From a virus, in the IMG/VR virus record IMGVR_UViG_3300027969_000086, positions 4,592 through 68,591 of that record: a DNA stretch of 64,000 nt. One strand, given 5' to 3'. This document shows, one piece after another, positions 1-10,200 of the stretch (its first letter is position 1; every line of letters starts with the position of its first letter). The notes beneath the pieces are model-generated. The model did no database searches. It had not been told where the DNA came from and worked only from the letters and a program-made list of their open reading frames with translations. The position numbers and the translations under genes are program-made.

Positions 1-984
1 TTTGAGACCGACCTACTCTATCTTGATGTTAACAACTCTCGCATAGGTGTTAAGACCGCCAGCCCTCAATACGATTTAGACATCGTTGGTACCACAAGAA
101 CTACAAACCTTGTAGTTGACACACAAGCAAATATTGCACAGTTTACCATTAGCGGTAACACAATCGCTAGTTCTAACAACACAATTAATTTTATTCCAAC
201 GGGCGGAACTGCCACAGTTTATCAAGCACGCCTGCAGGTCAACGACTTTGAAATTCAAGGTAATACAATTTCTACAATTGTATCAAACTCAAACATTGAG
301 TTACGACCAAACGGTATAGGTATAGTAGATATCTACTCTAATACCACAGTTAACGGAAATCTAATAGTAACTGGTAATACTAATGTTACTGGAAATGTTA
401 CCATTGGTGGAAATATCACCATAGGTGATGCACTAACTGATAGTATTACTATCAATGCCAGTATCAACAGTGACCTAGTGCCTCAAACAGACAATGCATA
501 TGATCTAGGAAGCCCTAGCTTCTATTGGAGAAATGTCTACGCACAGAATTTCTTTACAGACATGTTGAGTTTAGATTCTCTAGATATAGGAAACCTACAG
601 TTTAGAGACAACGAAATCACGACTACTACCAGTATGAACCTATCGATATTTGGCAACGGTACAGGTGGTGTCGATCTAGGTAATTTTAGATTCAAAGATA
701 ATACAATAACAAACATTGCTAACAATGCAATCAGTCAGATACTTGCAACAGGCACAGGCTATTTTAAAATTGCAGGTACCAACGGTGTTGTAATGCCTCG
801 AGGAGGCAACGGAACACGACCAACAGCCTATGCAGTTCTCGGTATGACTAGATTCAATACTGATTCAAGGGCCTTGGAAGTTTGGGACGGATTTGGTTGG
901 GCTAGCCCCGCAGGTAGCTCAGGAGCAGTAACTGGTAGCCAAGCTGAAGATATATCTATAGCGTTTGCGCTCACATTAGGATAA
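1..984 (+). CDS. Tail/baseplate-associated virion protein, 5'-truncated
   Basis: Frame 1 is open from base 1 (FETDLLYLDVNNSRIGVKTASPQYDLDIVG...) to TAA at 984; the ORF track begins only at GTG 478. Beta-rich G/N/T repeats and a C-terminal PxG..RP..GMTRFNTD motif typical of phage fibres. Confidence 0.7.
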   Translation, partial: FETDLLYLDVNNSRIGVKTASPQYDLDIVGTTRTTNLVVDTQANIAQFTISGNTIASSNNTINFIPTGGTATVYQARLQVNDFEIQGNTISTIVSNSNIELRPNGIGIVDIYSNTTVNGNLIVTGNTNVTGNVTIGGNITIGDALTDSITINASINSDLVPQTDNAYDLGSPSFYWRNVYAQNFFTDMLSLDSLDIGNLQFRDNEITTTTSMNLSIFGNGTGGVDLGNFRFKDNTITNIANNAISQILATGTGYFKIAGTNGVVMPRGGNGTRPTAYAVLGMTRFNTDSRALEVWDGFGWASPAGSSGAVTGSQAEDISIAFALTLG

Positions 985-988
985 CAAC

Positions 989-1321
989 ATGCCAACAGTT
1001 TTTAAACATGCAGTTAATACCGGAATAGGAACAGATCCAGTGGATGTGTTACAAATTCCTGCAGGTGTTAGAGCAACAGTGATAGGATGCAACATTGCAA
1101 ATGTTACTGAGTACGATACAGTATCAGTGAATGTGTTTGTTGTTGACGAAAATTCAACACAGGCTCACTATGTTAAGGGATTACCTATCCCACCAAACAC
1201 CAGTGTTAAAGTTATTACCAACGGTGAAAAGTTAATTTTACCAGAAACATCTGGTATTCGCATTGTTAGCGATACAGAAGACAGCATCGATACAACAATA
1301 AGTTATGTAGAGATATCGTAA
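989..1321 (+). CDS. Small virion protein (110 aa), similar to 15142..15462
   Basis: Beta-rich; pattern (vLQIPAG..ATV..CNIAN...) parallels the 15142 ORF (vYTVPVG..AVV..SLCN). Confidence 0.6.
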   Translation: MPTVFKHAVNTGIGTDPVDVLQIPAGVRATVIGCNIANVTEYDTVSVNVFVVDENSTQAHYVKGLPIPPNTSVKVITNGEKLILPETSGIRIVSDTEDSIDTTISYVEIS

Positions 1322-1331
1322 GGAATATATA

Positions 1332-1700
1332 ATGAGCAATAGCAATTATTACATCGGAAGAGATCCTGTAGAAACACTAGGCGATAGTCCTAGATATTGG
1401 TATGCTCTAAGAAGAAATGACGACGGTGAGCTTTATATTGTAAGAAGCGATCAGGTTACTGATAAAGAAGCATATACTATCAACGAAGTTGGCAACCCTA
1501 CTGAAAACTTTGAAGACTTTGAACCGGGGATTGACCATTTTGAAGGTGTAGATGAGAGTCACAACAAAGTATTTGATAATATGAAATATACTCAGTATCG
1601 TTGGGACGATAGAAGTATATTCTATTATGTAGATTCAAGCGGTCAATTAGTACAAAGAATTTTCCAAGGATATGCATATCCTAACGGAATTTCATCATAA
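1332..1700 (+). CDS. Hypothetical protein (122 aa) in tail gene block
   Basis: AAGGA RBS; tightly packed in the operon. Confidence 0.6.
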   Translation: MSNSNYYIGRDPVETLGDSPRYWYALRRNDDGELYIVRSDQVTDKEAYTINEVGNPTENFEDFEPGIDHFEGVDESHNKVFDNMKYTQYRWDDRSIFYYVDSSGQLVQRIFQGYAYPNGISS

Positions 1701-1712
1701 ACGGAATAGAAC

Positions 1713-4700
1713 ATGGCAGATTTTAAGATCAGTAGATTTAGGTATACTTGGAAAGGTCAATGGACTACCGGTACTGCCTATGTCAGAGATGACGTAGTCA
1801 AGTATGGAGGTGGATCATATGTTTGCGTTAGAGGGCACACAGCTTCCTCTGATTTCTACACTGATGTAGACTATACTGTACCTGGATCTAATCCAGCAGT
1901 GTCAAGTCCTGCTTGGGTCACAATGACCGAAGGCTCTGCATGGAGAAGCGACTGGGTAACTGTTACGCAATACAATATAGGCGATGTTGTACAGTATGGT
2001 GGCTACACTTACCTGTGTGTTGATGGACACTTGTCGGGCGCAACATTTGCAACTAATAGCACGAAATGGGTTGACTATATTATTTCAGCAAGTTGGAAAG
2101 GAACATTTTTACCGGTAACAAGATACGGCAAAGGCGACATTGTTCGTTACGGTGCAACAGTCTATGAATGCGTAGTAGAGCACACTTCAGGAACTAGATT
2201 AGAAACTAATCAAGCTAATTGGACCATCTACTATCAGAATGTTGACACCTTTAATACATGGACAGCATTAACAAATTATAAAGTCAACGATTTAGTTAAG
2301 TATGGTGGTAGCATTTGGAAGTGCGTTACAGCGCATACTGGAGAATTAGCATTTACTCCAACTAATTGGCAAGTAGAATTATACGGCTATCAATTTGGTG
2401 GCGACTGGGCATCATTTACCCTTTATCAAATTGGTGACATTGTACGATATGGCGGCGATTTATTTTACAGCAATATCAACAACAACGATTTAAATCCAAG
2501 AGATTTTGAAGATAGTACTATTGCTTGGACAAAACTTGCCCAAGGTTACAATCCTAGAGGCGATTGGACTCATACAGAATTGTACAGGCCCGGTGACCTA
2601 GTTCGTCGAGGCGGCGACCTTTATGTAGCTCTAAGAGAATCAGACAATGACCTAAGTAGCTTAGATTATCTAAGTGACAGCGACTGGGAAAAATTAGTTC
2701 CAGGATTTAATTGGAGAGGTCGTTGGGGAACCGAAAACTCTTATGCCATTGGAGACCTAGTCATATACACTGGTGTAACCTATCGATGCGCGGCTCCACA
2801 CTATTCTGACAGTATTAATTTCCCAGGTGACAACGGTTCAGTATTAGGACTTTGGGAAATATATGTTAATGGCGGAGACATACTTGGATTAACTAATCCA
2901 GGTGATCTAGTTTATTACGGCTTATCAAGAACTAACGTCGGCGACGGAAGTTCGTTTGGTCCTACTAGCATTCCAATTGGTATCGAAGATCAGTTGTTAA
3001 AGGTTGACGACACTAATCTAAAAACCTATTATGAAAAATATGGAACACTAGTTACTGGTCGATTTGTTGCACCCAACGGAACTGATCGACCAGATTATGG
3101 TGCAAGTCCTTACACTCCTTATAAAACTGTTAGATATGCTTGTGAACAGGCAGAAGCCATCGAGGGCAATGTTGACATTACGGTATACCCTGGTGTTTAC
3201 GAAGAAATATTGCCTATTATTATTCCAGCAGGAACAGCAGTTAAGGGTCTAGAAGTAAGAGCAGTTACAGTAAAAGCCAATGAACCCATTGCAGCACTAG
3301 CAGGAGACAGTAACTATAGTATTGAAGTATTGGAACACTTAAAAACACTAACAGATAATATTGTTAGAGGCATTCCAGTAACAGTGATATACCCTGGCAA
3401 CAATGAAATACAAGATATTAGAAACGCAGGCACGCCTGCCGATGTAACTCAGATTAATGCATTGTATGACAACATCATTGACTACATTAACTTCTACATT
3501 AATAGTACTAGTACAGATCCAGTTATGGTTGGTACCAATACTGCCAACCCTGCTACAGCCGATGCAATTGCTGCGTTAACAGCAAATAAAAATTTCTTGG
3601 CTGCTGAGGCTGTGGCCTATAACCAATCAACACACCCCGAATATAGTTTTGATCCTGACGGTTGTAAACGAGATGTGGCCAGTTATATTGACGCAATTTG
3701 CTACGATCTAAGATACACTGGAAATTATAAATCATTGCTGGCCGCTAGATACTATAGAAATGCAGTACTTGGGTCAGCCAGCGAAGACATGTTCTATATA
3801 CGAGATGCCTGCGGTCTTCGAAATATGACCGTTTCCGGCCTTAGTGGAACTTTGAATCCCTTTGGAGTTTTTGATTTTTATCAACGACCAACAGGCGGCG
3901 CTTATGTAAGTCTTGATCCAGGCTGGGGCCCAGACGACAACCGCACATGGATTATTACTCGAAGCCCATACATTCAGAACGTAGCAACATTTGGATATGC
4001 AGCCTACGGCCAAGTTATTGATGGTTCATTGCACAACGGCGGAAATAAATCTATAGTTAGCAATGACTTTACACAGATTATCTCAGATGGTATTGGCGCT
4101 TATGTTTTAAACGGTGGTCGCGCAGAACTGGTTTCAGTGTTTACATATTACAGTCAAGTTGGATACCTAGCAGAAAATGGTGGTATCATCCGTGCTACCA
4201 ACGGTAACAACAGCTACGGCAAATACGGAGCAATGGCGCTAGGAGTTGACGATACTGAAACGCCGATCAGTGTTACAGTTAACAACTATAATCATCAAGC
4301 CAGTGTTGAAGCTGCCTTTGCTGGATTGTTAGGCGGCGACTCTGATAAAATTATTGCTTTTGAATTTGAAAACTGCGGTCAAAACTATACCACAGCATCT
4401 TATGGAATCACCGGAGCCGGTGCAGGTGCTTCGGTTATACAAGAAGAAATTAGAGATCAAGCGGTGTTTGAAGCATTGCTGGTCAATCCTTACGATTCAA
4501 CAGGCCCCGGCGGAACTGGTTTTACATTTAGAACTGCCAATGCTCAGACCGGTACTACAACAACAATTAAACTAGCAGGAACCGATAACGGAGTAGAAGC
4601 AGAATATCTAGGATTAAGAATTATTATTATCAGTGGTGCAGGTACCGGCCAGTATGGTTATATTTCTGCTTATAATCCAACTTCCAAATATGTATCTGTT

Positions 4701-7163
4701 AGAAAAGAAAGTGACGGCACACCGGGTTGGGACCATATAATTCCAGGATATCCTATCAATGATGTTCTATTGGCAAGTACTAGATATCAGATCGAACCAA
4801 GAGTTACATTTACAGCACCAGATTTTAATACCTATCCAATAACTCTGCCTAGCAACAGCGTGTGGTCAAAAGTTATATGGGGCGAAACTTCTTCAACTTA
4901 CAACGACATTACTGGTTCTGCTGGTACCGGAGTAGTTGATGAAGAAGTCACACCGGTAGCCGCAATCTGGGATGTTGTAAAAACTGGCAGAAGTTATAGT
5001 GTTACCCTATCTTCAGCAGGTGCTGGATATGCAGTCGGACAGGCTATTACTATTGATGGTTCTGATGTTGGCGGCATAGATGATGACAACGATATTACAA
5101 TATATGTAACAGCTATATCAGACGATAGTACAAATTCTATCACAGGATTTAGATACGACGGGCAAGCAGCCAGCGGAAACTTTGTAGCATTTGCGTCAGC
5201 TAGCAATGCATTTGCATATTCTGCGGACGGTATTACTTGGAGCCCGGGCTTTTTGCCAACTTCTGGCAACTGGACTGTAGCAGCCTCAGGTGGTCAACGA
5301 TTTATTGCTATTGCAACCGGATCAACCAATGCCGCAGTATCAATAGACGGTATTACCTGGACTGCGGTCACCCTTCCTTTGTCAAGAAATTGGGTAGGTG
5401 CTGCTTACGGCGGTGGGACATTTGTAGCAATCAGCAATAACTTAGACAGCGCAGTATATAGCACTAACGGTGGAACATCGTGGAATGCAACAGCAATGCC
5501 ATCATTTGGTGACTCGTCATTCAATACTTGGGTCGATGTTTGCTACGGACAAAATAAATTCTTTGCAATTGCTAACACGTTAAACACAGGAGCATTTAGC
5601 TCTAACGGTATAACATGGACTGGAGCACTAGTTGATGCAACAGATGACTCTAGTCAAGTAGACTGGGTAAGCTGTGCCTATGGTAATGGACGCTTTGTAG
5701 TTTTATCAAGTCAAGGAAACCTAGGTTACAGTTTTGACGGTAACACTTGGTACGCAGGTACAGCATTGCCAAAGCAAGACGGTTCTACCGTAATGAACTG
5801 GAAGAAAATTAGGTTTGCTCAAGGCGTGTTTGTAGCAGTTTGCGACACTGGAAGCGCAGTTATGGGCGGTGACCCAACTACAGGACCAACAGTTTATGCT
5901 GCCAAGACTGAAGACGGCATACTATGGGAAGGTGTAAATCTTTCATCAGCACTGTCGTGGACCGATCTTGCATTTGGAAACCCAAATGTTACACTAGGCG
6001 ACTCAACAATTCTTAATAACTTAGGAACTTGGGTAGCTGTTGGATCGGAAACAGGAACAGCCGCAACAAGATTCTACACCGGAGCAAGAGCCAAAGGTCG
6101 TGCAATTATTACCAGTGGTAGATTGACAAATATTAGGTTATGGGATCCGGGTTCTGGTTATACTATCGAGCCCACAATGACGGTAACTGATCCTAATAAT
6201 ACCAGCGAGGCATTTACTTGGAATAGACTAGGCAGCGGAGTTTTAGGACAACCAACATTCTTAAATAGAGGTATTGGTTACAGAAGCAGTACCACAACAG
6301 TTACATTAAACGGCGACGGATTTGCAGATGTTATACCGACGGGCAAGTTTATTACATTAACTGGATTTACAGAAATTCCTGGCCCAGGAGCACAAGTCAT
6401 CTTTAATGGCAAGCCTACTCGATATAGACTAGTTACTATTGCTAATCTAGGAGACTTAGGTGACGGGACACTTAGCATCCAAGCACAAATCAGTCCAACT
6501 CTTGATGTAGATGATTTGATTGAACACGGCCTACAAGTTGCTGTTAGAACACGATACAGTTCTTGTCGAATTACTGGACACGACTTTTTAGATATTGGAA
6601 CTGGAAATGTTTTAAACACAAATTATCCCGAACTATATTCGCAAGCAACTTTTCAGTCTTCTCCAGAGAATGAAGTAGTCGAAGGCAACGGTGGTCGAGT
6701 ATTCTACACCTCAACTGATCAAAACGGTAATTTTAGAACCGGCGAATTGTTTGCGGTTGAACAAGCAACTGGTATTGTTACTATTAGTGCAGATTTCTTC
6801 GATCTTCAAGGTCTAAGTGAACTAAAACTAGGTGGAGTTCGACTAGGCGGATCAGCAGTTGTTATTAGAGAATTTTCAACAGATCCTCTATTCAGTGAAG
6901 ATAGCAATAACATTGTTCCAACACAGCGAGCAATTAAAACTTACCTTGCAAGTAGACTAAGTGTTGCAGGATCAGACTTGATTGCCAATGCATTCCAAGC
7001 TGGTGAAGTATCTGTAGGCGGACAAGAATTTACCAATGTCTTGTTAAACGATATTACTATCCCTGTTAAGGTAGATTTTTCTGGACCAAATGCAGGAGTA
7101 ACAGGAATGATGTTGGCAATGGCAATGTTTTATCGATCATTTAAAGATGACGAAGGGCGATAA
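1713..7163 (+). CDS. Giant virion structural/tail fibre-like protein (1816 aa)
   Basis: N-terminal CBM5/12-like repeats (W...t.Y..gDvV.YGG..Y.C...H), central beta-helix-like segment (RSPYIQN...NDFTQ..SDGIG), Asp-box/propeller repeats (AYG.G.FVA...SxDGitW), C-terminal GHDFLDIGTG/TSTDQ.GNFR region. Confidence 0.75.
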   Translation: MADFKISRFRYTWKGQWTTGTAYVRDDVVKYGGGSYVCVRGHTASSDFYTDVDYTVPGSNPAVSSPAWVTMTEGSAWRSDWVTVTQYNIGDVVQYGGYTYLCVDGHLSGATFATNSTKWVDYIISASWKGTFLPVTRYGKGDIVRYGATVYECVVEHTSGTRLETNQANWTIYYQNVDTFNTWTALTNYKVNDLVKYGGSIWKCVTAHTGELAFTPTNWQVELYGYQFGGDWASFTLYQIGDIVRYGGDLFYSNINNNDLNPRDFEDSTIAWTKLAQGYNPRGDWTHTELYRPGDLVRRGGDLYVALRESDNDLSSLDYLSDSDWEKLVPGFNWRGRWGTENSYAIGDLVIYTGVTYRCAAPHYSDSINFPGDNGSVLGLWEIYVNGGDILGLTNPGDLVYYGLSRTNVGDGSSFGPTSIPIGIEDQLLKVDDTNLKTYYEKYGTLVTGRFVAPNGTDRPDYGASPYTPYKTVRYACEQAEAIEGNVDITVYPGVYEEILPIIIPAGTAVKGLEVRAVTVKANEPIAALAGDSNYSIEVLEHLKTLTDNIVRGIPVTVIYPGNNEIQDIRNAGTPADVTQINALYDNIIDYINFYINSTSTDPVMVGTNTANPATADAIAALTANKNFLAAEAVAYNQSTHPEYSFDPDGCKRDVASYIDAICYDLRYTGNYKSLLAARYYRNAVLGSASEDMFYIRDACGLRNMTVSGLSGTLNPFGVFDFYQRPTGGAYVSLDPGWGPDDNRTWIITRSPYIQNVATFGYAAYGQVIDGSLHNGGNKSIVSNDFTQIISDGIGAYVLNGGRAELVSVFTYYSQVGYLAENGGIIRATNGNNSYGKYGAMALGVDDTETPISVTVNNYNHQASVEAAFAGLLGGDSDKIIAFEFENCGQNYTTASYGITGAGAGASVIQEEIRDQAVFEALLVNPYDSTGPGGTGFTFRTANAQTGTTTTIKLAGTDNGVEAEYLGLRIIIISGAGTGQYGYISAYNPTSKYVSVRKESDGTPGWDHIIPGYPINDVLLASTRYQIEPRVTFTAPDFNTYPITLPSNSVWSKVIWGETSSTYNDITGSAGTGVVDEEVTPVAAIWDVVKTGRSYSVTLSSAGAGYAVGQAITIDGSDVGGIDDDNDITIYVTAISDDSTNSITGFRYDGQAASGNFVAFASASNAFAYSADGITWSPGFLPTSGNWTVAASGGQRFIAIATGSTNAAVSIDGITWTAVTLPLSRNWVGAAYGGGTFVAISNNLDSAVYSTNGGTSWNATAMPSFGDSSFNTWVDVCYGQNKFFAIANTLNTGAFSSNGITWTGALVDATDDSSQVDWVSCAYGNGRFVVLSSQGNLGYSFDGNTWYAGTALPKQDGSTVMNWKKIRFAQGVFVAVCDTGSAVMGGDPTTGPTVYAAKTEDGILWEGVNLSSALSWTDLAFGNPNVTLGDSTILNNLGTWVAVGSETGTAATRFYTGARAKGRAIITSGRLTNIRLWDPGSGYTIEPTMTVTDPNNTSEAFTWNRLGSGVLGQPTFLNRGIGYRSSTTTVTLNGDGFADVIPTGKFITLTGFTEIPGPGAQVIFNGKPTRYRLVTIANLGDLGDGTLSIQAQISPTLDVDDLIEHGLQVAVRTRYSSCRITGHDFLDIGTGNVLNTNYPELYSQATFQSSPENEVVEGNGGRVFYTSTDQNGNFRTGELFAVEQATGIVTISADFFDLQGLSELKLGGVRLGGSAVVIREFSTDPLFSEDSNNIVPTQRAIKTYLASRLSVAGSDLIANAFQAGEVSVGGQEFTNVLLNDITIPVKVDFSGPNAGVTGMMLAMAMFYRSFKDDEGR

Positions 7164-7208
7164 TGAGAATGAATAAATACACTAACTTCAACAAACGCGG
7201 AGTGAATA

Positions 7209-10200
7209 ATGGCAGAATTTAAATTAGGTAGAATTAGATTTGTATGGAAAAGTGACTGGGCGACTGGCACCACATACTACAAAGATGACGTTGTCAAGTA
7301 TGGCGGTAAAGTGTTTATCTGTATTACAGGTCACGCAGCATCTGCCGACTTCTACACAGACTTAGATGCAATTCCTTCTAAGTGGAATCAACTAAGCGAC
7401 GGCTTTACATGGGAAAACGACTGGGCAGTTGGCACAACTTATAAGACCAACGACATGGTCAAGTACGGTGGCCGCTTATATGTTTGCCGTATTCCTCACA
7501 CATCCGCAGCAACCTTAGCATCAGGCTTGGAAGCAGATCTAAATCTAGCAGACAGCACACTTTCTAAGTGGGATAATGTTGCCGACGGTATTGATTGGAA
7601 AGGCACATGGACTGTGTCTACTCGCTACAAAGTTAATGATGTTGTTAAGTATGGTGGTATCAACTATATCTGTAACACTTACCACACTTCAGCAGCGTCT
7701 ATTTCGCTGGGTCTAGAAACTGACCTAGGAAAATGGGATGTATTCAATCGCGGTATTGAATATCGCGATGCCTGGACAGCTCTAACACGCTATCGTGTTA
7801 ACGATGTTGTTAAGTATGGCGGAACATTATACATCTGTACTCTATTACATACTTCTACATCGAACTTTGGTGTAGATATTAACAATTGGTCTTCTTTTGT
7901 TGAAGGCCTGCAATTTGAAAATACTTGGAGCAGTGCAACATCATACCAGCCAGGCGATATTGTACGCTACGGTGGTAACCAATATGTTGCAACCACAGTC
8001 AATCTTGCCGCAGTTCCATCTACATCTACTGCAAACTGGGATTTATTCAGCAAAGGATTTAGCTTTACAACTGACTGGAGCAATGCAACATCTTATAAAG
8101 TAGGTGAAGTTGTTAGATTAAACGGCTATACCTATCTATGCATATTAGACCACAGTGGACAAACTCCGCCTAGTGCAACCTACTGGACAAGATTAAACAG
8201 TGGTGTTCTTTGGAAAGGTGAATGGGCAAACAGTACCGCTTATTATCTAGGCGACGCAGTTAGATACATGTCCAACGTCTACATCTGCGTTCAGAACCAT
8301 ACCAGCAACGATGACGACAGCACAACATTTACAGATTCAACCCGCAGCCCTTCAGGAGACACCGAAGGTGTTTATTGGAATATCTTTAATGTAGGTAATG
8401 AATATGCTGTTATGACCAATCCAGGTGATATGGTCTATTATAACGGTGATCAAGGCCCTGCAAGACTGCCAATTGGTATTGAAGGACAGGTTCTAAAAGT
8501 TACTTCCAGTGGCAATCCTGACTGGGATTATCTAGGAGTTGTTGATCAAAATTATTATGTTGGCAATCACGGAGTTGATTTACCAGCTCCAATCCACGGA
8601 AGAACTTCAGACAAGCCATGGAAGACTGTTCGTTATGCCTTAGAGCAAATCGAAAAAGGTCCTCGCAACCCTGCCGCTCAGCGCCTACTAGAAATGAATC
8701 GCGTATTCATTCAACGAGAAGTAACAGAATGGATTGCAAGACAGATAATTTCTAATGCATCGCCATTTACTACTTCTTTTGTCTATGACGAATTTAAATG
8801 CGAGCGCGATGTAGGATTTGTTGTTGACAGAATCATACACGATATCGGCCACGGTGGAAATTTAAAAACTCTTGCAGCAGCATTATCATACATTAATGCC
8901 TTAGATGGCGGTATACTATTTGCCACAGCCTTTGACGAAAACGGTACCGGCACATACTCACGCCTTGCAGAACAAAAAGATGAAGATGTAGCAGCCTACA
9001 ATTACATGTTAACCGTGATTGGAAATGTTCTAAATAACCAAGCACCACAGGTAAACTATCAAGTATTAAACGGCGATAATTCTACTGCTATTGTTCCTCA
9101 ATTCATTGACGCTGACTTAGTTGCAGAAACAGGAGTTCTAGCAACTATTACGGATTTAGTTGGCATAGTAACAACTGCACTAACAGATGGCAATACAACT
9201 AATCTACCGGATCGTACTGTACCAGCATCCTTGTTGAATGTTAAAACAGGATCTTATTCTGAAACATTGCCAATGATTGTTCCAACTGATGTTTGTGTAC
9301 TAGGCGACGAAAAACGAGCAGTAACAGTTTCCGCAGCAGGCAGCTTAATTGACATATCCGATGCATACTATACTGTTGACACTTTCAATCATGTTCAATC
9401 AATTGTTGAAGACATTGTTACAGGAACTACAATTACTCGAACTACCGGAAATAGTCTAGACCAAAGCATTAATGCTCCGTTCTCTGATGCTACACAAGCT
9501 ACTGTAACTGGAAGACTAGTCAAGCTAATGAAGCAACAGGCAGATTTTAAACTAGGTACTATGCATCTTGCCAGTTTAACTGACCCAACTGGATACAATG
9601 TCAGCTATCTAGCAGGTTACGGTAATGCTAGAAAACTAATCAAAGAAAACAAAAAGTTTTTCCAAGAAGAAGTTGTTGCTTACATGGTGGCAACTTATCC
9701 TACTTTGAGTTATGGTAAAGTAAAAACTCGAAGAGATGCTGGATATATCGTAGATGCAGTAATCTATGACTTGACCTATGGCGGAAATGCATTAAGCGTT
9801 AAAGCCGGTCTTGCTTATTATGACGGTGATGACAATACACAACCACAATTACCAACTTCTATTAAAGCACCTACACTGGCAGCACTAGCATTCTTGAAAG
9901 ATAGACTGCAGGCCATTGCGGTTAATACACCAGTAACTCCTCTTCAAACAACAGTAGTTCAATTTAGAGGAACAGCAGGTGCAGCTGGAACAGCAACATT
10001 TGTTGGCGCAAGACTAGACGAAATTATTACTATTATTAATACTGGACCTTCTGCTGTAGGAACCACAGTTACATTAACTGATCCAACTCCCGCAAACGGT
10101 GTTAACTCTACAACTGCACTAATCAGTGCATATAGTACATTGAGTTCAGCCAACGAAACTATAGTTACCAATGTTGTTGACTATCTAAATACAAACTTTG

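Noticed and set aside
7209-8400. Recurring GTTAAGTATGG(C/T)GG-like units suggesting a CRISPR array or DGR repeats
   Set aside because: They are degenerate codon-level repeats of the VKYGG protein motif; there are no identical repeats with spacers and no cas or reverse transcriptase gene in the window.
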